Assembly (NCBI RefSeq): GCF_036321535.1
Contig: NC_087437.1
Span: forward strand, 107,944,001-108,008,000
Direction: 5' to 3'
DNA from: Camelus dromedarius
Lineage: Eukaryota
Length of the DNA: 64,000 nucleotides
Part shown: one piece after another, positions 35,660-48,423 of the stretch
How the letters are laid out: each line of letters opens with the position of its first letter
Position numbering within the stretch: position 1 is the first letter of the stretch
Notes under the pieces: generated by a model
What the model was told of the DNA's origin: nothing
The model's input: the letters and a program-made list of their open reading frames with translations, nothing else
Databases searched by the model: none
Position numbers and translations under genes: made by a program

Positions 35660-36385
35660 AACAGCACTACAATGAACATTGGAGTGCACAGACCTTTTCT
35701 AATTAGTTTTTTTGTTTGTTTCTTTGAATAAATACCCAGGAGTAGAATTGCTGGATCATGTGGTAGTTCAATTGTTAATTTTGTGGGGAATCCACACCAT
35801 TTTCTATAGTGGCTGCACCAATTTTCATTCCTATCAACAGTGTACAAGGGTTTCCTTTTCTCCACATCCTTGTTGTCTTTTTGAGGACAGTCATTCTGAC
35901 AGATGTGATGTGATCTCATTGTGGTTTTGATTTGCATTTCTCTGATGATTAGTGACCCTGAGCATTTTTTCATGTGCCTGTTGGTCACCTGTATGTCTTC
36001 TTTGGAAAAATCTCTATTCATATCCTCTGATCATTTTTTTAATCAGTTTGGTTTTTTTAATGTTGAGTTGTATGACGTTTTTCTGTATATTTTGGATATT
36101 AACCCCTTATCAGATATATCATTTGCAAATATATTTTTCCATTCAGTAGTAGTCTTTTTGTTTTGTTGATAGTTTTTTTTCCACTGTACAAAAGCTTTTT
36201 AATTTGATGTAATCTCATTGTTTATTTCTGAATTTATTATTTTTTTTGCCTGAGGAAACATACCAAAAAATATTACTAAGATTGATATCAGAGACCATAC
36301 TGCCTATGTTTTCTTTCAGAAGTTTTGTGGTTTTAGGTCTTACAGTTAAGTCTTTAAACCATTTTAATTTTTTTTGCGTGGTGTA
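35660..36385 (-). mobile_element. L1 ORF2 C-terminal fragment
   Basis: ORF 35617-36021 [36 protein letters not shown]...[15 protein letters not shown] matches L1 ORF2p. Confidence 0.95.
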
Positions 36386-36695
36386 TCAATATTAAATTCA
36401 TTTTTGATGTATAAATAAATTTATATTTATAGTGTCCCTTGCTCCAATATATAATTATTAGTGGCATTCCAAAATACATGCAATGAAAATGAATTTTTTT
36501 TTAAGTGCTAAAGAAAGTATACATAGAAAAGAAAATGGTGTCTGGAAGGAAAGTTTGTTTTTATGTATGTGGGTCATAGATTCTTAAATTGTTATTAATG
36601 TTGGGCTGCAGATTTCACTCTGAGTTTCATGGTAACCAACACAAAAATGGAAAAATTACCATGTATAGAAGGTAAATTGTCCATGAAGGTCCATC

Positions 36696-36868
36696 CAGAT
36701 CTACTACACAATTTGCAGGGCCCAGTGCAAAAGAAAAATGCAGATCCCTTTATTCAAAAGTTATTTAGAATTTAAAAATAGCAGCAGATAAACATTAAAA
36801 CCAAGAAATTTTCTAAGCATCCAGTACTAGTGCACAGATCACATGTTTGTGAATAGCAGCTAACCCTG
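36696..36868 (-). mobile_element. MER45A-like hAT-Tip100 MITE
   Basis: tacacaatttgcagggcccagtgcaaaagaaaaatgcag...ttattcaaaagttatttagaattt...gtgcacagatcaca...ccctg. Confidence 0.75.
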
Positions 36869-37242
36869 GGCTGTCTTTCCCTCCATAGAAATGAAGTTTT
36901 CCTAATATTCATGGCTAAGAAAGAATCTTTCACAGCAGTTTCTATGCAGAGAAATTAATAAATATAGTGACCAATATTAATAAAAATGGCTATTCTTTCT
37001 CAAAGGTTTACCACTGCCAGAAATAGACAGTTCTAGAGAGAATTCTCCTTTCCTTGGTGGAGACTGAGGTAAATTCAGGCCAATCCATTAAAGGAAAAAG
37101 CAGAGATATCAGTTTGAGAACAAAATTACATAGTACACATAGTCCTCTGACTTTCAGGTTTCAAAAGCAGGACTAAAAGCCTCAGTGAGAGGAATGAGAA
37201 TACAGTCAGATTTCATATGAACACCCCCTTGTACACAATTTC

Positions 37243-37571
37243 TTGGGGCACAGACTACAACAAATATGTCAATGTATATGCACGACTGAGACTTTGTGCT
37301 GTACACCAGAAATTGACACATTGTAATTCATTGTACCTCAATTAAAATTTTTTTAATAAAAATTTAAAAAAAGGAAACTACAGCCTATGGGCCAAAGTCT
37401 GGTACTTTGTTTTTGTACAGCCTGCAAGCTACAAATGGTCTTTACATTTTTAAGTGACCACATTTTAAACAGATTGTAAATACTTATATAATAGCCTAGA
37501 TTTTTCTCTTGACCTGAATAGCCTCAAATATCTACACTGTGACCCTTTAAGAAAAAGTTTGCTAACCTCTG
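37243..37571 (+). mobile_element. MER58-family hAT MITE interrupted by an L1 stub
   Basis: cagcctatgggccaaa...cagcctgcaagcta...ccctttaagaaaaagtttgctaacctctg. Confidence 0.75.
37260..37374 (+). mobile_element. Short L1 3' end nested in MER58
   Basis: gtgctgtacaccagaaattgacacattgtaa...cctcaatt followed by an A-rich tail; flanking a(g/a)actaca direct repeat. Confidence 0.8.
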
Positions 37572-37676
37572 AATTTGCTCTACTGAATTATAGTTAATGT
37601 TGCCATTTTTGTATTTATTCAGTTTATCGTAATTAACATTTAATACTTTCCATTAGTCCAGTCCACTCAAATGTTC

Positions 37677-37716
37677 ATTATTATTATTGTTATTATTATT
37701 ATTACTATTATTATTT
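37677..37716. repeat. (ATT)n imperfect microsatellite
   Basis: Read directly. Confidence 0.9.
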
Positions 37717-39489
37717 TCACTGTCAAAATATGCTGTTGTCTAGATCATTGACAGACATTTTCTTATTCTATTTTGTCTTAGTTTTTAAGGCTATGTATGG
37801 AACACCTTTCTAACTTTCTATCACCTAAGACTTTCAGATGTAGGCAAAGGCATAGAATTTAAATAAGGAAATGCTGACTCATGTAGTGACTCCAACCTTT
37901 AACAGGAAGGTCTTTAGGTAAATCATTTACACTCTCTTAATTCTCCATTTTCTCATCAGTAAATTAGGAATTACAGTATAATGGAAAGAAACCCTGAGCT
38001 TTGACTTATGAGCTGTGCATCTAAATGGTGGCTTTGTCTCTTTGAGTCTCATAAAAATCTTCCTTCCGGTTTATCATAGTATTCTGTCACATTCTATCAC
38101 ATTCTATCAAGACAAGTAAAGTAGAATTTATTTAACAGGTTCTCAATTGCTACTATTATGGATTAAAAGCAGTAAGAGATATGAAAGAGCTTTTTTAACT
38201 ATAAAATAGAAAGCATACATATCACTAATATTAAATAATGCCTCAAAGGCATTTGAAGAATAATCAAGTTTATGGTAGATGACATCTCTCAACTAACACA
38301 GTCTTCTATTTATTAATTGTTGACAAGAGCCATAGAACCACTGTAGTTTCATGCTTTTGTTAAGAATCAAAGGGCTAAGTTTTATTTTGTTTTGTTTTCC
38401 CTATTGACATGCCACTGTATGCAATCATATATAGCTGAAAATAGTACACAAATCAAATGCAAACGTTATCTGGCAGCTTTGAAACTTTCCATCACAGACT
38501 CATTACATGCCTTTAAGCTTAATTAATTGAAATAATAAAAATTCAACCTACCTGAGTAGCATGCTGGCTGTACTTTTTTCCCCCCGATATTTTATTTTAT
38601 GAACAAGCAGTTAAACTTGGATGCAGAATTGTACCTGTAGTTTCAAAAGGACATTGAGAATTTTGGGGGGGGGCTCCCTATTTTCATATGTGCTGAAGGC
38701 AACTTTTTCTCGTGGATACACATGCTTGGGACAATAACCAGGACAAAATTCAGAAAATAAAAACTGTCTATGTTTTTCTACAGTTGCTCCTTTCAAATGC
38801 AGTGATTAAATATGATTGCTAATATAATTCATAACATGTGCTTCAAAATTTTGTGCATTAGTGAAAAATTATGAGTAGGGTCACAGGACTCATTGAAGGG
38901 TGCTAATAACTATTTTACATCAATTTATTTATTAAATTAATTATACTTTGCAGTAGATAATAATTATAATAATCATAAAAACATAATTAAAGAGAATATG
39001 CTCATCAACACATAATCATTTATTCACAAATATTAATTAAATAACCAAATTTAAAATTCACTTGACAAAGATTATTGAGCACTTGCTAGGTGGTGAAAAA
39101 TAAGTTCTGCTTGGGAAGTACAGCAAAGAACATGATAAAATCAAATACCTCACAGAACTTACATTCTGTGTAAAGTGTGGTATGAAAATGAGAAATTCCT
39201 GGGGGGCAACCTGGCCATGCATCCTTTGTTTTGAAGTTGAAAGTTCCAAGCCCTATAAAGGAAAAAGAGTTGGAACAATTCAAGAGCCATTTGGGAGCCG
39301 TCAGGACTAGAACCTGAGTCTACCTGATCCCTATTTAGTAAGCCAAGCCCTATAAACCTAAGCACATCATTATATTTGCCTGACTAGAGTTTATATTTCT
39401 ATGTAGCAGTTTCAAAATTTAACAAAACGCTTTTGGAACTATGAGTCAATGTAGTACATTGCAGTGATGTAGTTAATGGGTATCCTGTA

Positions 39490-40145
39490 AAAACATGAGC
39501 CAGGTAATATCATCTATTGAAAACCTTCAATAACTCACTGTTCTCTCAGGGCAAAAGCCAAAATCCTTGGAATGTCCTCTAGAGTCCAGTGTCATCTGTC
39601 CTTCTCCTTCCCTTTTGTGTCTCTAACTTCATCTCCTATTGTACTACTGCTCCCTTTCTTAGTCTCCTCCCTTCTTTGTTCTAATCCAGCCATGCTGTCC
39701 TTGTTGTCTCAAACACAGCAGTCACACTCCCACCTCAGGCCCTTTGCACTGATTCCCTCATGTGAAGAAGTCTTCTCTGAGATACTGGCAGGACCTGCTT
39801 CTGCACAGCTTTCGATAATTTTCTCAGATGTCATTTCAGTGAGGCCAATCCTCAAGACATATCTAAAACCATCCCATCCCCTCCCCTTCACAATTTCTTG
39901 TCCTGCCTCCCCTGCACGGCTTCTTCCTTTTTTCACACTAACTATAACCAACTTAGCTACTATATACTTTACTATAGATTATTTTATGATTTCTATTTTC
40001 TATTGACTTTCTTCCCCAGCTTTTTGGAATATTAGCTTCTTAAGAACAATGTTTTTGTCTGTTCTGGTCAGTCATGCTCCCCAAGCACCTAGAGAAGTGT
40101 TCTGGTATGTAGCAGACAATTAGTATGTGTTAAAGAAATGAGTGT
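39490..40145 (+). mobile_element. L2 (L2a-like) 3' region
   Basis: cactcccacctcaggccctttgcact, ctcagatgtcatttcagtgaggcc and ccccaagcacctagagaagtgttctggtatgtagcagac. Confidence 0.85.
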
Positions 40146-42339
40146 CAGCATTATGCATATTAAATAATGGAGACTGAGAGAAAAAAAGAGATCTAAGAGA
40201 TATTGAATATGGCTCTGCTCTCATCCAGCTCCCATCTAGAAGACTGTCTTACAAAACTTGTTACATAACACAAACATACACATGTGTGCATACACACACC
40301 CAACTCTGAAGACATTAACAGATATGTTAAAAATTCTAAAGGCTTTATGGAAAGATGAAAGAGGAAATTACTTTACACTAAAGCACTTCCTATAAATTCC
40401 CTTAAACTTTTTTGTTTTCCCAAGTATTCATTTCTTATGACAGCTGCCACATTTATGCTTTCTTCCAGGTGTTTTCAACCATTTTCTTGACCCCTTTTCA
40501 GAATTCTGGGATTAAACCCCATCAAACCTTTTCTCAATTAAATATCTACCCTTCATCAAATTTTAGAAAAACAAAAAGCCTTGCTAGAAATCCTCCCTCC
40601 TCAGCAGTGACCATTGGAGTTTGCAATGTAGAGAAGGGTATTATCTTGTTTTATATGAACACATCTTTTCCTCCAGTCGTCAGTAATTAAAGGGTATCAC
40701 TTAGGCTTCTTGGAAGTAAAGAGAGAACAAATTTTCCTATGAACTAAGCAGTTTTCAGTCCATCTAAAGGAACCTGACCAATATTTTTATCTTTCCACCA
40801 AAAGACAAGAGAGTTAAACTAGGACGATACAAGAAAAGCAAGTCAAATTCAGTCTATGATAGAAATGGATTGTATCCAGAGCCCTAAGAAAAAAGTAATA
40901 AAGGGAGATTTAAACCAAAAACAAAGGAGTCCAAGAAGTAAAAATCCAGAAAGATTCAGTTGAAATGACTTAAAAATAAAATTCACGGAGATGGTATTAG
41001 CCAACAGGAAAGAAAGAATTAGTTGAGTGTAAAAATAAGAATTCATTAAGCAGCAGTCCATAGAAGTAAAATCAGAGGCAAATTTAACCGTCTCTCTGCC
41101 CAATGTGGGAGAAAAAAATTAAAATATTATGGTTTATCCCAACAGCGTTTGGTTGTTACATCTGGCAGACATTCAAACCTTCATATTCTGGATACTTTCT
41201 TTCAGTGTGAGTTCAGATGTATGGGTCATCAGAAGGGTACCTCATGCCCACAGCTAGCCTTATTGATTTCCTGCATTCCTAGAGAACCACATGGAGCAAA
41301 AGAGAATAGCTCTGAGGTTGCTTTTAAAGGATTATCAGCATGTAAGGAAGCCGTCCCTTGTATGTTTCAAAATTCAGTGCATCGAAATGTGACGTTGGAA
41401 GGATTTTCACTATACATACTTGCATAAATGTCGTCTTCAATGGTTAATAGCAAGTATCTGTCATATTACTCCCTATTTATAATGAAGTAGATTCTTCATA
41501 TTACTCAGAGTAATGAGATTAAAACTGTGGATGATGAAAGTAATTGAGGTCTAGAAGCTGCTGGTCCTCTTTCGCCTTCTATTATCTTTTTCATGCGTGA
41601 AGTTCATAAGGACTTCACTGAGACAAAAAGGATTTCATTATTTCCATCATTTCTGTTATGCTATATTAGCAGCTCCAAAGAAATAATTAAAATGAATGGG
41701 AAATAGATGAATATTTGTGATAATTTCTCTATAATTTTTTTCTTTAGGCCATATGTTATTTTTTTTCTTTTCTTCTTTCTCTCTTTCCTTCTTCCTCTTT
41801 TTGTCAGTAGTTTTCAAATGATATAAATAAATATGAATTCATTATCTTCTAGTGCCAAAAACTATAAAACATGCCATTGTTTTCATGAAACTAATATTCC
41901 AATAGAGATGACTTCACCTATACAATTAATTGTAGGAAATCATGTCTAACTTTAAATTGAAATATCTCTACAGGAAAGGGACAGTGTCCGAAGAAAGGAA
42001 ATAACTAAGAAAGAGAGGATAAATGTTGCTCTTAGGGAAGGTTTTATAAAGAAATTGATAATTGATAGGGAACAATAAAATTTTTGGAAATTATTAAGGC
42101 AAAAAAATTGAGATTTGCCAAAGAAGAAAGATGCAATGGCACTAACTAGGGTTAAATATTTCTGCCAATAGTATAATGTAATTTTGCCCTAACTATCTAC
42201 TACCTTCTGCATTTGTGGGGTTTTTTGCACCCTCACAGATTGTTGCCCAGAAATGTAAGAATTTTTCTGCCCCCTACCCCTCCCTTTACCAAATTCGTGG
42301 TAACAAATCTAGAAAGTCTGTAAGTTTAGAGCAGAATGG

Positions 42340-42910
42340 AGAAAAAAGGCAGGTGAGACAATGCAGGAACTTGTTTACCATGTAAAGAACTTTAGTTTTC
42401 ATTCTAAGAACACTCAACAACTATTCTACAAATATTTATTGCCTGGCTAATATAGGCCTTACTTTGGACATTTGCAAATATATGTTGACAAAGACAATAA
42501 GTAAGTAAATGATGCTATATGTTTGCAGATGAAAAATAATATGCAAATGTAGATGAGGATACAGAGTTAGGAGTACTTGGGGGTGGGGCCAGTGGTGAGC
42601 AATGTCATGTTCTACTTTGTCTTGTAAGGATGTATTTCTCATGGCAAGATGAAAAATTAACTGAATGGGAGGCTTTTGCAAGAGTCTAGGACAGAGGAAA
42701 TGGCTTGTCCTTTTAGTGATGGTGGAGATAGTGAGAAATGAATAGATTTAAGAGACATTACAGCAGGTAAAATTGGCAGGATTCCATGATGCATTTGATA
42801 TGAAGGATGATGTAAGAAAGAAATATTAAGAGTGTCTCCTTGTCTCCTTCAGTGCAGAATTGATCAATGGAAGTCCTATTTTTGGAGATAGCGAACGTTG
42901 GGGAAGGCTA
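42340..42910 (-). mobile_element. L2 fragments
   Basis: ccatgtaaagaactttagtttttcattctaag and gtgagaaatgaatagatttaagagacattacagcaggtaaaattggcaggatt are antisense L2 motifs. Confidence 0.7.
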
Positions 42911-43134
42911 GATTGATTCTTTTTTCCCAGCTGATAGTAATCAGCAAAACCTTGAACCAATTCTTTAGTAATTCACCATGACTTATGACATGGCATGACC
43001 TGAATTATTGTACATATATTCTTTTTCTTTCATCTTCCTATGCATTCACTGGCTGTTTGCAAGTAATTTTGTATTTCAAAAGTGGTTTTGATTAAGCTAG
43101 GGTTAGTAATAAATTAACATGATAGAAGAAAAAA

Positions 43135-44745
43135 ATTAGAAAATTCTTGTTATCTAACTTCAAGACTCACTATAAAACTGCAATAATCAAGACACTGTGG
43201 TACTGGCTAAAAAATAAAGTAGATAAATGGAACAGAATAGAGAGCCCAGAAATAGACCTAATAAATATAGTCATCTGATCTTTGACAAAAGAACAAAGGC
43301 AATATAATGGAGCAAAATAGTCTCTTTAATAAATACTGGACAACTGGACATCCACGTGCAAAAAACCAAAATGAATCTAGATGTAGATATTACCTCCTTA
43401 GGAAAAATTTACTCAAAATGGATCAAAGACCTAAATGTAAAGCACAAAACAATAAAATTCTCAGAAGATAACATAGGAAAAAACTTAGATGACCTTGGAT
43501 ATGGTGATAAATTTTAGATACATCAAAGACATGATTTATGGCTGAAATAATTGATAAACTGGACTTGATTAAAATTAAAAGTTTCTTCTCTGCAAAAGAC
43601 ATTATCAAAAGAACAATACGACAAGTTACTCATCCTAAAACTGGGAAAAAAATATTTACAAAAACTCATCCAATATACACAAAGAACTCTTAAAACTCAA
43701 CAATTAAAAAGCAAACAATCTTATTTAAAAATGAATCAATGACCTTAACAGACACCCCACCAAAGAGGATATACAGATGACAGATAAGCGTATAAAAAGA
43801 TGCTCCACATGATTTTATCACAGAAATGCAAATGAAAACAATAATTTGATACATTCAAACACCTATTAGAATGGCCAAAATCTAACTGGCCATTAGACTG
43901 ACAACATTAAATGCTACAGAAGATGTGGAGCAACAGGAACACTCATACATTGCTGGTGAGAATGTAAAAGGATACAGCCACTTTGGGAAAAAAGTTTAGT
44001 GGCTTCTTACAAAACCAAACATACCTTTACCATACAATCCAGCAGTCATACTCCTTAATATTTTCCCGAAGGAACTGTAAATTTATGTCCACGCAAAAAC
44101 TTGAATGTAGATGTTTACAGAAGCTTTATTCATAATTATGAAATCTTGTAAGAAACCAACATTTTCTTTGGTAGGTGAGTAGATAAATAAACTGTGGTAC
44201 ATCCCAATAATGGAATTATTTAGCATTAAAAACATATGAACTATCAAGCTGTGAAAAGACATGGAGGAACCTTAAGTACATAATTACTAAATGAAAGAAG
44301 CCAATCTGGAAAAGCTACATACTGTATGATTTCAACAATATGACATTATGGAATAGACAAAACTATGGAGAAAATAAAAAGATTCTTGATTCCTTTGGGA
44401 GTGGGTGTGGGGCAATAAATTGGCAGGGCACAGAAGACTTTTAGGACAGTGAAAATATTCTGTATGATATTATGATATTATAATGATATATCATTATAAA
44501 TTTGTATAAACTCAGAACATACAACACCAAGAGTGAAACCTAAGGTAAAAACTCTGGACTTTGGGTAAATAAGATGTGTCAGTGTAGTTTTACCTTTGAT
44601 AAAAAAACAGAATGTATCATTCTAGTGAATAATGTTGATAAGGGGGAGGATATGCATTGTCAGGGCAGGGGGTATATGGGGAATCTCTGTACTACCTCCC
44701 TCTCAATTTTGTTGTAAACTTAAATCTGATCTAAAAAAAGTCATG
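43135..44745 (+). mobile_element. L1MC1-like 5'-truncated L1 (ORF2 end and 3'UTR)
   Basis: aatggaacagaatagagagcccagaaatagac; 3'UTR acaacaccaagagtgaaacctaaggtaaa...ggggtatatggggaatctctgtac...tctaaaaaaa. Confidence 0.92.
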
Positions 44746-44876
44746 TCATAAAAAATTTAATGGGATATGTCTGTTCACTTAATCAAATTGAGTAGCAAAT
44801 TCACTATTTTCATTATGGAATTTTACAGTCAAAGTGAGTGTATTTGCTTTCTGTCTAGCATGAATTGTTATTATAG

Positions 44877-45475
44877 TGTAAGGTCCTAACAATTAGCTTT
44901 TTTGACTATAATATGAGTGTCTGACATTAAGCTCTGATTGCCCATCCATCCACTTCAAAGACATCCATTCAGAATAAACACATTTTCAGCTACACAAAAA
45001 AATAAAGATTCAGGCCACTTCACCCAAGAAGTTCTCTTTTGTTTTAGAGGGCTCTGGTTGACTTAGATAACTATCCATTTGACTGACTTCTTGCTTTCTC
45101 CTTCCTGCACTTTAATACCTGCTCTTATGTTTTAAATTCACCAATAAAAAGTGAGCCCACAAAATCCTAGTCACCCCACCCTTGATCCCAATAAAGCCAG
45201 AACCCCAAGTCTGCTCTCTCTCTCTTTCTACCCCCAACCTCTCTGCTTCAGCCTCAGGTGTCCTCCTAGGACTTGTGAGTAATAAACGTGTCTTTTCAAA
45301 TCTCCCTAATGATTGTTGCTGAGGTGCATCTTGTAGTCATAATAAAAATCCACAAGGGTCAATCCAGCCACAAATTCAGCTCCAGGGAAGGAAATGTCTG
45401 GGAGGGCTTGCCTCAAACAGTACTGGCCCAGGTGATTGCCCACAAGCATTTATAGCTGATGGCATCACTGTCAAT
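44877..45475 (+). mobile_element. Probable ERV LTR, family not recognised, 3' boundary uncertain
   Basis: TG start; ccaat, then aataaa before a CT-rich R-like tract, then gtgagtaataaac as polyA signal; no clear TSD. Confidence 0.55.
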
Positions 45476-45766
45476 ATTCTGAAACCACCATAAAATAGTT
45501 ATTTATTCAATAACCTTTATTGAGCATCTGAAATGTGTATGTAACCCTATCCTCACTGATGCATTACAGTTTAAGTTTAATTTAAAAATTAAACTTATTT
45601 TCAGGCCTCTGTATTTATCTATCCTTGAATTCTGGGAATTGCCAAAAGGGTCAGAGAATGGTTTTCACATGTACCTTTTGATGCAGTTTTCACAGCTACC
45701 TAGCTGCTACTTACACAGGCATCTTGGAAGTTATCCACTATCACTAGGGCTCTCTTACAATGATGC

Positions 45767-46431
45767 TGTCAGAGTCTCATTCATAACTTTTCCCTTGTAT
45801 AAAATGTGACAAGACATATTTTATTCAGACTACTGCAGTAGGAGAGACTTCAGTGTAAACTGAGCTGGCAACAAAAGGCAGGAGGCTTTTTAACTCTGGA
45901 ATATGTTAAAGAAAAAGCATGGAAGGATGCTGGAAAGCAGGGATTGGTGGATGTGATTAGGCCATCTGTGTTTGCTAATTGGCACTTATTCAAAGAGGAG
46001 AAACATACTTCTCCTATCTTCATGACAGGAGGTAATTATGCAAAGTACATCAAAGATAGACACTTACATTCCCACAGGAACTAAGAGATAAGGGGGGTTA
46101 TCTCTATGCATATTTGAGAGTGATGACTCTCAGGTCTTTGAGAAAATAGTGCTGAGTAGCAGGAAATTTACATCTCAAACGGGCAGAGAAAGGATTTATA
46201 ATCACAAATTTTCAAAAGTAAATTCTCTAAGAAAAGGGAGGTGAGCAGTGTATAGTTAAGTTTTGGCTGGAACAAATAGTAAATTCTTTTGGCAGTGTTG
46301 CACTTTCTTAGAGTAGCGGTTCACTTAAAAGAATTGGGGTCATCCTAGGGACATGGTCTTGGACTGTAGAAGCCAGACTGGTATTCCCTCTTAGTGTGAG
46401 GGGTTGAACGCCAACAGTTTTGCAGTTTTCA
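45767..46431 (-). mobile_element. MER67/MER31-group ERV1 LTR
   Basis: ttcatgacaggaggt, caggtctttgagaaaa, atttacatctcaaacgggcagagaaag and aaagtaaattctctaagaaaagggagg; TG...CA termini; probable ATGC TSD overlapping the terminal A. Confidence 0.72.
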
Positions 46432-46433
46432 TG

Positions 46434-47320
46434 CGTGATACTGTGATTTATAAGAAATAAAAATTTGGTCATTTAGATTCCTGAGCACACGAACAATGGG
46501 AGCATTGTTTATTATAATAATTGGTCTCTTACCTTCAGTTTCTGAAATCACTTTAAAGCCAGAAAGGTGAAATGGGTGTCTTGTTATTCATAACAAACCC
46601 CTTTCCACCATAGCTGACTTTATGTTGAGGAGTTGACTTTTGGAAATCAGCTAAGGCTGGGGGCTGGGTGCCAGGTTGACCAACCATAAATAGAGGGGTG
46701 GGACACTCAGTCTCATCCCCTGATTTCAAGGGAGGGAAGAGGGACTAGATGTTGAATCAAATACCAACAGCCAGTAATTTAATCAACCATGCATATGTAA
46801 GGAAGTCTTCATAAAAACCCAAAAGAAAGAGGTTTCAGAGAGCTTCTAGTCTGGGGAAACAGAACACTTTTACGTGCCACTATGCAGGGCCCAAACTCCA
46901 TAGGGACAAAGGATCCCTTGGAGACCTCACCTTATGTGTCTTTTCATCTAGCTGTTGATTCATATCCTTTAATATATTTTTATAATAAACTAATAATCTA
47001 GTGGGTAAATAGATTACCTAAGTTCTGTGAGCCACTCTAGCAAACTAATCAAACCCAAGGAGGTGGTCATGGAAACCTCTGATTTATAGCCAGTTCTTAA
47101 GAAGCACAGGTAGTAACTTGGTTTTTGCAATGTCATCTGAGGTGGAGAACAGTCCTGTGGGACTGAGCCCTTAACCTGTGAAAGCTGATGTGACCTCCAG
47201 GTAGATAGTGTCAGAATTGAGTTGAATTGAGTTGAATCCACACAGCTGGTATCTGGAGAATTGTTATATGATATGTGGAGACCCTCCCCCGCCACACACA
47301 CACACAGATTGGAATTTGGT
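46434..47320 (+). mobile_element. MER21-family LTR
   Basis: gtgatactgtgatttataagaaata start, ttgttattcataacaaacccctttc, aagttctgtgagccactctagcaaa and ctccaggtagatagtgtcagaattgagttg. Confidence 0.88.
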
Positions 47321-48030
47321 GATTAAATTATTTTATCATCCAATTCCTGTCCCTTAAAATTGTACCCAACCAATGTCTCTCTTATTCAGCCTAACGCTTG
47401 GTGCAGTGAGGAATCTTTAATCTCAGATATTATTTGAGCAATCTTCTATCTACTCATGTAGCCTGTAATGCCTGATGTACCTTCCTGCTATAGTTTGTAT
47501 TTCAAAGGGATTCCATGGGTTTCTAGGGGCATATAAAAAGTTGAGAATGAACTCAAGTACAAACTTACTATATGTAGCTTCAAACTGCTGTTTTCTTCCT
47601 ACATGTAAGACTTTTTCATACACCTTTATTTCCAGAATCTTTCTTATTTTTTTCCTTAGGAAATTTCTCATTCTTTTCCCCCTTCATGCTGCCTTCCATT
47701 GGATCCAGCCCTTTATGTTCATCTGAGAAAAAGTGTATGTCAGAAGGATAGGATTCATACCTCTCATAGACTGAAAGTCTCCATTAAAAAAAAAAAAATC
47801 AAAACAATAAATGAATCCATTGATATCTTGGGAAGGAGATGTTATATGATTACATTCTTCATATAATAGTTTATCCAAACCACATCTTCAACTCAACCAG
47901 CATTCCTACCAGGATTTATTTCCATACTTGCAGAATTTATATTTAGTACAAAATAGACATTTTTAAAATTTTGATGATTTTTGTGAGTGAATTTTCAGGA
48001 ATTTCTTTGATTTTTCATTGAAAGAGCTAT

Positions 48031-48423
48031 GCGTGGATGGACCTAAGGAGTACTATACTAAGTGAAATAAGTCAGAAAAAGAAAATACTTTATTATCACT
48101 TTTATGTGGAATCTAAAAAACAAAACAGATGAATGTATTTAACAAAATAGAAACAGACTCATGGATATAGAGAATAAACTAGTGGTTATCAGTTGCGGGA
48201 GGGCAAGATAGGAGTATGGGATTAAGAAGCAAAAACTACTATGCATAAAGTAAATAAGAAACAAGGATATATTGTATAGCACAGAGAAATATAGCCATTG
48301 TTCCATAATAACCTTAAATGGAGTATAATCTATAAAAATATTGAATCACTATGTTGTACAGCTGAAACTAATATAATACTGTAAATCAACTGTACTTCAA
48401 TAAGAAAGTAAATTAAAAAAATA
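48031..48423 (+). mobile_element. 5'-truncated L1 3'UTR with TSD
   Basis: tggatggacctaaggagtactatactaagtgaaataagtcag...tgttgtacagctgaaactaatataatactgtaaatcaactgtacttcaat followed by an A tail; TSD aaagagc(t/c)at at 48021-48030 and 48424-48433. Confidence 0.93.

Noticed and set aside
35617..36021. 134-aa ORF with real protein similarity
   Set aside because: It is a decayed L1 ORF2p fragment, not a host gene or an active element
39572..40006. Longest ORF in the track (144 aa)
   Set aside because: It lies wholly inside a pyrimidine-rich L2 remnant; no recognisable host protein or splice context
41149..41427. 92-aa ORF in unique sequence
   Set aside because: Non-ATG start, no recognisable domain and no supporting exon structure
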